13,911 nt of DNA from Elusimicrobiota bacterium (GTDB lineage: Bacteria; Elusimicrobiota; Elusimicrobia; UBA1565). The position numbers and the translations under genes were made by a program. The notes under the pieces are model-generated. The model made no database searches, was not told where the DNA came from, and saw nothing but the letters and a program-made list of their open reading frames with translations. The stretch covers positions 1-13,911 of the forward strand of contig JBDRPD010000045.1 in the NCBI GenBank assembly GCA_043827405.1, in the 5' to 3' direction. Of the stretch, positions 1 through 6,233 are shown in pieces. How positions within the stretch are numbered: position 1 is the first letter of the stretch; every line of letters starts with the position of its first letter.

Positions 1-702
1 GGAGGAGCAGGCGGCGGTACCGGCGCTGCGGGCGGCGGCGGACCGGACGGCGGCGAGCATCCGCAGGGCTCCCCGTTCTTCGGCGGCCGGATGAACTACG
101 TCCCCGCCGAGATGCCCAAAGAGTTCCACGTGCTGGCCAAGAATATGCCGGGCTACAATATGAACCCTTTTAACCCGGCGGGAGCGGCCGGCGGCGATAT
201 GCGCAAACAGAGCGCCGGGTCCATGAAGACGGCGGCGAACGCGGGCGGCGCGCAGCAGCAAGGGCGGGCGAAGAAAGCCGCTCAGCCTACGTTCTCGACC
301 TCCGGCGGCTCGAGCGGCGGCTCGGCTCCCGCCCTCACGCCGATGACGCCGCAGCGCAAGCGGACAGCGGCGGGCGGTACGCCCAGCGCGCCGGCCGCCA
401 AACAGAAGTATGCGCCCCAGTCCGATCCCCGCCTGCGCAGCTCCGCCGCGTCGAGCGGGCAGCCGGTCGGCGCCGAAAATGCGGAAGAAGAGCTCAACGA
501 CGACTACTGGACGACCAAATTGTCGCCGGCGCGGCATATCCAGAGCGGCCATGCCGACCACCCGCAGGACCCCAAGCCGGCCGGCCCGATGGGCGCTTTG
601 ATCTACCTGCTCAACATCCTCGCTTTGCTGGCGGCTATCTACGTGTATAAGTTCACGCAGCTGCCCTACGTGCTCGGGCTAAAAAGACGGGACGAAGACT
701 AG
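1..702 (+). CDS. 5'-truncated Gly/Ala/Ser-rich low-complexity protein with a C-terminal transmembrane helix
   Basis: The frame is open from base 1 (GGAGGGTGAAGGGGPDGGEHPQGSPFFGGR in amino acids) into the 91..702 ORF. It ends with a hydrophobic helix (ALIYLLNILALLAAIYVYKF), a charged tail (KRRDED) and TAG at 700-702. Confidence 0.8.
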   Translation, partial: GGAGGGTGAAGGGGPDGGEHPQGSPFFGGRMNYVPAEMPKEFHVLAKNMPGYNMNPFNPAGAAGGDMRKQSAGSMKTAANAGGAQQQGRAKKAAQPTFSTSGGSSGGSAPALTPMTPQRKRTAAGGTPSAPAAKQKYAPQSDPRLRSSAASSGQPVGAENAEEELNDDYWTTKLSPARHIQSGHADHPQDPKPAGPMGALIYLLNILALLAAIYVYKFTQLPYVLGLKRRDED

Positions 703-863
703 CTCAGCGCGACCTGCTTGGTGGGGCCTTTGCACAGCATGCAGTAGCGGTCCATGCAGCTGGGACAGTACCAGACGCCGCATTTGTCGCAGCGGAACCA
801 TTTCTTGAAGTGGGCCATGATCTTGTGGCATTTCCCGCACGGTTCGCGGTTGATGATTCCCAT
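699..863 (-). CDS. 54-aa Cys-rich zinc-finger microprotein (4 x CxxC), not in the ORF track
   Basis: Manual translation gives MGIINREPCGKCHKIMAHFKKWFRCDKCGVWYCPSCMDRYCMLCKGPTKQVALS*. An SD-like AGGGGA lies 6 nt before the ATG and overlaps the tonB stop. Third codon positions are strongly G/C, and the ORF exactly fills the intergenic gap. Confidence 0.85.
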   Translation of the reverse strand: MGIINREPCGKCHKIMAHFKKWFRCDKCGVWYCPSCMDRYCMLCKGPTKQVALS

Positions 864-873
864 GGTCTGTCCC

Positions 874-1593
874 CTAATTGGCTTTGAATTCGAAGTGGAC
901 GTTGAGAAATGAGTCCTTGAAGCCGGGCGGCAGCGGCGGAAAGGGGGCGGCGTCCTGTACCGCGCTCAGCGCCGCATAGTCGAAGCCCTTGTCGCCCGAG
1001 GTGAACTCGACGCGGATGTCCACCGTTCGGCCGTCCCGCATGACGCTGAAGCGAACGCCGCAAGCGCCGGTCCCCGAGAACATGCGCGCCGTCCACCGGT
1101 CCCAGATGGCCGAACGCAGCTGCGTCACGTACCAGGGATAAGGGAAGTCCGGCATATCGATCGCGGTCAGGCTGGCCGGTTCTCCCGGCGCCGACAGGCT
1201 GCCCTCGCCGTCCAGGCTGGCCGGCTCGGGCCGCGCTTCGGCGGGCGCTTCCTTCTCGACCGGGGCGGGCGTGGGCGCCGCGTCGGCCAGGAAGCTGGGA
1301 CGGGGCAGCGGCTTGCGGGGTCCGCGCTTCGCGGTATCGAATACGTCCGGATCCCGCTGCGGCGGCGGCAGCTTGACGGGCCGCGCGCTCGCGGCCTTGG
1401 GGGCCGGGCCGCGTTTTTCCGCCGCGCCGGGGCTGCGGTTGATAATCCCGGGCGAGGCCTGCAGGTTGATAATATGGTAGACGGGCGCCGACTGCGATGA
1501 GGCGCCGGGGATTACGAACAGCGCCGCCGACAGCAGCGCCGCGTGGCTGATAGCGGAGTACGCCAGATAGGGCTTGAGCGTGCCGTTGAGCAT
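874..1593 (-). CDS. TonB/TolA-family energy transducer
   Basis: N-terminal TM helix carrying the SxxxH motif (SAISH), a Pro/Ala-rich linker, and a TonB/TolA C-terminal domain (YVTQLRSAIWDRW...FSVMRDGRTVDIRVEFTSGDKGFDYAALSAVQDAAPFPPLP). It follows the exbB/exbD-type genes. Confidence 0.92.
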   Translation of the reverse strand: MLNGTLKPYLAYSAISHAALLSAALFVIPGASSQSAPVYHIINLQASPGIINRSPGAAEKRGPAPKAASARPVKLPPPQRDPDVFDTAKRGPRKPLPRPSFLADAAPTPAPVEKEAPAEARPEPASLDGEGSLSAPGEPASLTAIDMPDFPYPWYVTQLRSAIWDRWTARMFSGTGACGVRFSVMRDGRTVDIRVEFTSGDKGFDYAALSAVQDAAPFPPLPPGFKDSFLNVHFEFKAN

Positions 1594-1624
1594 GACTGTT
1601 GGACACCGCCGCCGGCGCCGGGTT

Positions 1625-2032
1625 TCAGCGCTTGTGCAGCACCCCGATCCCGAGCTTGCCGACCTTGAGCCGCTTGGCGATGTCGAGTACGCGCACGACG
1701 TTCTCGATCGGCACGGTCTTGTCCGCCTGCACCAGCAGGGTTTTCTGCGCCGATCTGGAAAGCTTGAGCTGGAGCTCCTTTTCGAGCCGGGCGGGCTTGA
1801 TCGCCTGGCCGTCCAGCGTAATCCCCCCCCGGCTGTCGATCTGTACCGCGATCGTCTGCTCCGCCTCGCCCGCGGCGCCTTCCGTGGACGACGGCAGGCG
1901 CACGGTCAGCTGATGCTGCATGAGGACGGGAGTCAGGACCATGAAAATGATGACCAGGATGAGCGAGACGTCGATCAGCGGGATCAGGTTCATCTCGGCG
2001 ATCGGGCGGCGGCGCTGGATGCGTCCGTGCAT
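1625..2032 (-). CDS. exbD: ExbD/TolR biopolymer transport protein
   Basis: EMNLIPLIDVSLILVIIFMV TM motif with the conserved Asp; periplasmic domain with LVQADKTVP...VVRVLDIAKRL. Start overlaps the upstream stop by 1 nt. Confidence 0.93.
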   Translation of the reverse strand: MHGRIQRRRPIAEMNLIPLIDVSLILVIIFMVLTPVLMQHQLTVRLPSSTEGAAGEAEQTIAVQIDSRGGITLDGQAIKPARLEKELQLKLSRSAQKTLLVQADKTVPIENVVRVLDIAKRLKVGKLGIGVLHKR

Positions 2033-2655
2033 CAGGTTCTCTTGGTCAGGCGGTCGAGGAGTTCGTCGGTGATCCAGCGAAGCTCATCGGCGAAGTGGTT
2101 GGCCCGGGTGGTGAAGTAGTTGTAGGCGATGATGGCCGGGACCGCGACGAAAAGTCCGGCCGCCGTGGCGACCAGCGCCTCGGAGATGCCGATGGCCACC
2201 ACTCCCGGTCCCGCCGAGGCGGCGGTCGCGAGGTCGCGGAAGGCGCGCATGACGCCGAGCACCGTGCCGAAGAGCCCGATGAAGGGCGCGGTGCTGCCGA
2301 TGGTGCCGAGGGCGGGAAGGCGTCTCTCGAGCTCGGCCGTCTGGCGCTCGAGAGCGCGGTCGGTCGCGCCGTGGCGTTCCTTTTTTTCCGCCGGGCCGAC
2401 CAGGCAGGCGAGAACGACCTTGGCGCCGGCGCCGGGATAACGCTTGCAGGTCTTGGTGGCGTCGTGCAGGTCGCCTTTTTCGATCTGCGCTCTGAGCTGG
2501 CGGAGCAGGTCATCGAGCCCGCTGAGGTTTTTGCGGTAGTAGCGCCAGCGTTCCCAGATGACCGCGGAGGTATATATGGAAAGCAGCGCGAGCACGCTGA
2601 GGGTGAAGCCCCCCGCCGCTATAAGATCGCGCAGTCCGACGTTATATGAGCCCAT
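2032..2655 (-). CDS. exbB: MotA/TolQ/ExbB proton channel protein
   Basis: Signatures LGTIGSTAPFIGLFGTVLGVMRAF and GISEALVATAAGLFVAVPAIIAYNYF. ExbB versus TolQ cannot be resolved by eye. Confidence 0.93.
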   Translation of the reverse strand: MGSYNVGLRDLIAAGGFTLSVLALLSIYTSAVIWERWRYYRKNLSGLDDLLRQLRAQIEKGDLHDATKTCKRYPGAGAKVVLACLVGPAEKKERHGATDRALERQTAELERRLPALGTIGSTAPFIGLFGTVLGVMRAFRDLATAASAGPGVVAIGISEALVATAAGLFVAVPAIIAYNYFTTRANHFADELRWITDELLDRLTKRT

Positions 2656-2656
2656 A

Positions 2657-3613
2657 TCAGGGAGTATAGCTTTGTGGTTCGTGGTTGACGGGGCCGCACT
2701 GGATGACGTTGGCGCGCAGGCCGTGCCCGGCGATGTCCTCGGCCCGCTTGCCGGCGGTGATGAGCTTGTCGATGTCGATGCCGGTGTCCACGCCGACCTC
2801 GTGCAGCAGCGCCACCAGATCCTCGGTGCAGGAGTTCCCGGTATGGCCGGCCTGGTACTTTTTGGCCTTGGTGGCGGGCTGGCCGCCGATCGCCCCGATG
2901 GAGGCGTCGACGTAGGTCAGCCCCATCTCGAGCGCGATATAGGAGTTGAGCAGGCCGTTGCCGCGGGTGTCGTGGAAGTGGGCGATGAAATCGGTCTTGG
3001 GAAACAGCGCCATCAGCTCGCCGACGCGTTCGTGCACCATCACGGGGTTGGCGGCGCCGGTGGTGTCTCCCAGCATCAGGGTATGCGCGCCTTCCTCGAT
3101 ATAAAAGCGGGTGATGTCGATCACGTCCTTCATCGCGACGTCGCCGGCGATCGGGCAGCCGTAGACGGTGCCGGTGCAGCCGATGGTGCGCACGCCGATG
3201 CCGCGCGCCTGCTTCATGACGGCGGCATGTTCGCGCTTGGCCTCGTCATGGTTCATGCGGAAGTTGACCTTGTTGTGCGTCTCGCTGGCCGAGATCATCA
3301 GGATCATCTCGTCGGCGCCGTAGCCTTCCTTGACGCAGGTCGCGAAGCGCGCGAAGCCCTTGCTGTTGGGCATCAGCACGACATAGGTCACGTCGTCGTG
3401 CCGGTCGATGCGCTTGAGGACCTCCATGGCGTCGGCGAACTGGGGCAGCAGCTTGGGATGCGAGAAGGACGTCACCTCGAGCTTGCGCACCCCCGCGTCC
3501 TGGATGAGGTTGATCATTTCGATCTTGTCATCGGTGGGGACGACATTGCGGATGGACTGCAGGCCGTCGCGGGCCCAGCATTCGCATAAGGTGACCGATT
3601 TGGGTAGAGCCAT
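2657..3613 (-). CDS. Hydroxymethylglutaryl-CoA lyase family protein (DRE-TIM metallolyase)
   Basis: RDGLQ motif, EVTSFSHPKLLPQFADA, SASETHNKVN, LGDTTG, metal-binding HFHDTRG, and GNSCTEDLV. Confidence 0.93.
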   Translation of the reverse strand: MALPKSVTLCECWARDGLQSIRNVVPTDDKIEMINLIQDAGVRKLEVTSFSHPKLLPQFADAMEVLKRIDRHDDVTYVVLMPNSKGFARFATCVKEGYGADEMILMISASETHNKVNFRMNHDEAKREHAAVMKQARGIGVRTIGCTGTVYGCPIAGDVAMKDVIDITRFYIEEGAHTLMLGDTTGAANPVMVHERVGELMALFPKTDFIAHFHDTRGNGLLNSYIALEMGLTYVDASIGAIGGQPATKAKKYQAGHTGNSCTEDLVALLHEVGVDTGIDIDKLITAGKRAEDIAGHGLRANVIQCGPVNHEPQSYTP

Positions 3614-3628
3614 GACTCATGATATAAT
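3600..3628 (+). promoter_or_regulatory. Sigma70-type promoter for the rightward genes (extended -10)
   Basis: TTGGGT (3600-3605), a 17-bp spacer, and TATAAT (3623-3628) preceded by TG at 3620-3621, all in the AT-rich divergent region. Confidence 0.65.
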
Positions 3629-3662
3629 ACTTATCGCAATTTATTCACGCTAGAGGTTTCGC

Positions 3663-3866
3663 ATGGGTGCTAATTGTCCGGAAATCGGGACGTTCGCGCA
3701 GTACCGGCCCTCCCCGGAGGAAGTCGATGCCCTTATCGCGCGCGCCAAAGCGCACCCCTTGGGCCTCGACTACCTGCTGGAAGGCGAAGCGGACTCGATC
3801 TCGGCCACTTTCGGCGTTCACGCCTTCGTTATCGACAGCGCCCGCGACCTCCTCACCGCCCGCTGA
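3663..3866 (+). CDS. Small hypothetical protein (67 aa)
   Basis: GAGG SD upstream of the ATG, downstream of a strong promoter. Protein-like helical sequence with GC3-biased codons. No family recognised. Confidence 0.75.
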   Translation: MGANCPEIGTFAQYRPSPEEVDALIARAKAHPLGLDYLLEGEADSISATFGVHAFVIDSARDLLTAR

Positions 3867-3876
3867 ACGGCCGTCC

Positions 3877-3895
3877 GCCCTTTCGTGCCCTTTCG
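3877..3895 (+). repeat. Tandem direct repeat GCCCTTTCG x2 (10-bp period)
   Basis: Identical 9-mers at 3877-3885 and 3887-3895 in the intergenic region upstream of the OPT gene. Confidence 0.6.
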
Positions 3896-3937
3896 CCTTA
3901 AATTTCGTAGCATCCCTCCAGTGGAGGCTCTAGACCA

Positions 3938-5668
3938 ATGATAGACAGCGCATACAGAGAGATCACGCCGGTAGCGACCATCCTGGGCATTTTCGTCGGG
4001 ATCATCATGACCATGGCCTTCGTTTATGCCGGGCTGAAGCTCGGCTTTACGCTCGGGGGTTCGGAGATCGCGGCCATCATCGGCTTTGTCATTCTCAAAG
4101 GGATATTGAAAAAAGGCACCATCGTCGAGAACAATATCAACCAAACCATAGCCAGCGGTGTTAATATCGCCAGCGCCGGCATCATCTTTACCTTGCCCGC
4201 CCTGCTGCTGATGGGACGGGACTTCCCGATGTGGGTGATGGTGGTGGCGGCCCTGGGAGGCTCGTTTCTCGGGATCACGGTCATTATTCCGCTGCGCAAA
4301 CAGCTTATCGATCTCGACCGGCTGCGCTTTCCCACCGGCACGGCGGTGGGCGCCATCCTCAAGTCGCCCGGCGCCGGCAAGGAAAAGGCCCTGCTTATGT
4401 GCGGCGGCTTTGTCCTTTCGCTGGTTACGGTGATCCTGATGAAGTACGGCTACGTGCCGGGCGAGATCCCGGTCGGCAAATGGCTCGGAATGCCGGAGTA
4501 CACCCAGACCGCCATCTACGTCAGCCTCATGAACTTCGGGGCCGGCATGCTGGCCGGAGCGGGCGGCCTGGCCTTCGCCCTGGGCGGCATACTGGCCTAC
4601 TGGTTCATCGCGCCGTTTTCGGTCCATATGGGCTGGGCGCCGACCGGCACCGCGGCGCAGGTGACCGACGCCATCTACGGCACCATGCTCCGCCCGATGG
4701 GCATCGGTCTGCTGATCGGCGGCGCGCTGATCGGCGTCATCGTGTCTTTCCCCGCCATCATGGGGGCCTTCCGCAGCCTGCAGCAGGCGGCGCAGCTGGC
4801 CAAGAGCGGGAAGGGCAAGGTCGAGAGCGACGAGATGCCGGTGCAGGCGCTCTATATCGGCCTGGTCGGTTCCCTGGTGCTGTTGTTTTTTGCATCCTTC
4901 ATGGCCTCCGACATCGGGCTGGTGCGCTCGGTTATCGTCTCGGTGGTGGGCACCGTCTGGATCGGCGTGGCGGGGCTCATCGTCGCCCAGGCCACGGGCT
5001 TGACCGACATTTCCCCCCTCTCGGGGCTGGCGCTGATCGCGGTGACCATGATCCTGGCGGTGACCGGAGGCGACGTGGTGATCGCGGTCCTGATCGGCGT
5101 TGCGGTATGCGTGGCCACCAGCCAGTGCGCCGACATGATGCAGGACCTCAAAACCGGACAGATGGTGGGGGCGCATCCGGTCCGCCAGCAGCTCATGCAG
5201 TACTGCGTCGCCTGGATCGGCCCGCTGGTGGCGATCGGCACGGTGTACCTCTTGTGGCAGACGCCGACCGGCGCCCCGGGCTTCGGCCCCGAAAGCGCGG
5301 CCTGCAAAGCGAAGCTCCCGGACTGCCTGATGGCGCCGCAAGCGGATGCCCTGCAGGGCATGATCAGCGGCGTGCTGGACGGCAACGCTCCCATCAAGAA
5401 GTACGTTACCGGCGCTTTGCTGGGCGGCGGCCTGGCGGTATTTCCCATCGGCGGCCTCGGCGTGCTGGTGGGCTTGGCCTTCTACCTGCCCTTCGCGATC
5501 ACGCTGGGCTTCGGCCTGGGCTGTCTCGCGACTATGGCCATCATCAAATGGAAGTCCGCGCTGTTTGTGGAGGAGAAGGTGGTCCCCCTGGCCGCCGGGC
5601 TGATCATCGGCGAAGCTCTCACCGAGGTCATCTATTCCATCTGGCAGATCGTGAAAGGATTTGTTTAA
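3938..5668 (+). CDS. OPT-family (OPT/YSL) oligopeptide or metal-chelate transporter
   Basis: YREIT N-terminus, YAGLKLG, IVENNINQTIAS, IIPLRKQLIDLDRLRFPTGTA, TDISPLSG, CADMMQDLKTGQMVGAHPVRQQ, APQA, AAGLIIGEAL. Many TM helices; GGAGG SD. Confidence 0.95.
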   Translation: MIDSAYREITPVATILGIFVGIIMTMAFVYAGLKLGFTLGGSEIAAIIGFVILKGILKKGTIVENNINQTIASGVNIASAGIIFTLPALLLMGRDFPMWVMVVAALGGSFLGITVIIPLRKQLIDLDRLRFPTGTAVGAILKSPGAGKEKALLMCGGFVLSLVTVILMKYGYVPGEIPVGKWLGMPEYTQTAIYVSLMNFGAGMLAGAGGLAFALGGILAYWFIAPFSVHMGWAPTGTAAQVTDAIYGTMLRPMGIGLLIGGALIGVIVSFPAIMGAFRSLQQAAQLAKSGKGKVESDEMPVQALYIGLVGSLVLLFFASFMASDIGLVRSVIVSVVGTVWIGVAGLIVAQATGLTDISPLSGLALIAVTMILAVTGGDVVIAVLIGVAVCVATSQCADMMQDLKTGQMVGAHPVRQQLMQYCVAWIGPLVAIGTVYLLWQTPTGAPGFGPESAACKAKLPDCLMAPQADALQGMISGVLDGNAPIKKYVTGALLGGGLAVFPIGGLGVLVGLAFYLPFAITLGFGLGCLATMAIIKWKSALFVEEKVVPLAAGLIIGEALTEVIYSIWQIVKGFV

Positions 5669-5678
5669 GGAGCGAGCC

Positions 5679-6221
5679 ATGAAACATCTACCGCTGATCA
5701 TATTCTGCGTCGGAGTAGTCGTCGCGGCGCTGTCCGCCGCGCCCACGCCGCCCAAGGGCCTGCCGTTCATCATCGGCCTGGCGATCACCGTCGCCGGCGG
5801 GCTCATGGCGCGTTCGCTGGCCGGGAAGACGCCGGCCAACAGGAAGAAATCGGGCGGGTCTGACGAGACGCTGACGGCGCTGGCACTGGCCAAGGAGCTG
5901 CACTCCATGGGCGCCGAGCTCAAGCGTCTCGCCGGCGCCTCGGTCAAGGAGATCTCGAGCCATGCCGACAAGTACCAGCAGGATATAGAGAAAGTCCTGG
6001 TGCGCCTCAATCACCTCATCGACGGCCGCCGGGCCATTCAAAACCAGTGCGGCATGCAGGCCTTCGCCGAGATCTATTCTTTGGTGGCGAAGCTGGAGCG
6101 CAATATCAACCGCGCCTGGTCGGCCTTGGTCGACGAGTATCCCCGCGAGGTTATCGCCTCGCTGCAAGCCGCGACCGAGACCGTGCACGAGGCGGAGCGC
6201 TCGGCCAAGCAGCATTCCTGA
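5679..6221 (+). CDS. Hypothetical membrane protein (two N-terminal hydrophobic helices plus a helical-bundle domain)
   Basis: Start moved to ATG 5679 because AAGGAG (5667-5672) precedes it. It lies 10 nt after the OPT stop and has amphipathic helices in the C-terminal half. Confidence 0.8.
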   Translation: MKHLPLIIFCVGVVVAALSAAPTPPKGLPFIIGLAITVAGGLMARSLAGKTPANRKKSGGSDETLTALALAKELHSMGAELKRLAGASVKEISSHADKYQQDIEKVLVRLNHLIDGRRAIQNQCGMQAFAEIYSLVAKLERNINRAWSALVDEYPREVIASLQAATETVHEAERSAKQHS

Positions 6222-6233
6222 AGGAGGTCCGTC

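Noticed and set aside
704..1606. 300-aa minus-strand ORF overlapping tonB
   Set aside because: Arg/Ala-rich off-frame product; the region is explained by tonB and the Zn-finger gene in other frames.
1574..3589. Plus-strand ORFs of 181, 184 and 343 aa
   Set aside because: Antisense to the clearly identifiable exbD, exbB and lyase genes.
3818..6010. 730-aa minus-strand ORF, plus the 483-aa alternative plus-frame ORF 4231..5682
   Set aside because: Shadow frames of the OPT gene and its neighbour, caused by high GC3; biased composition and no motifs.
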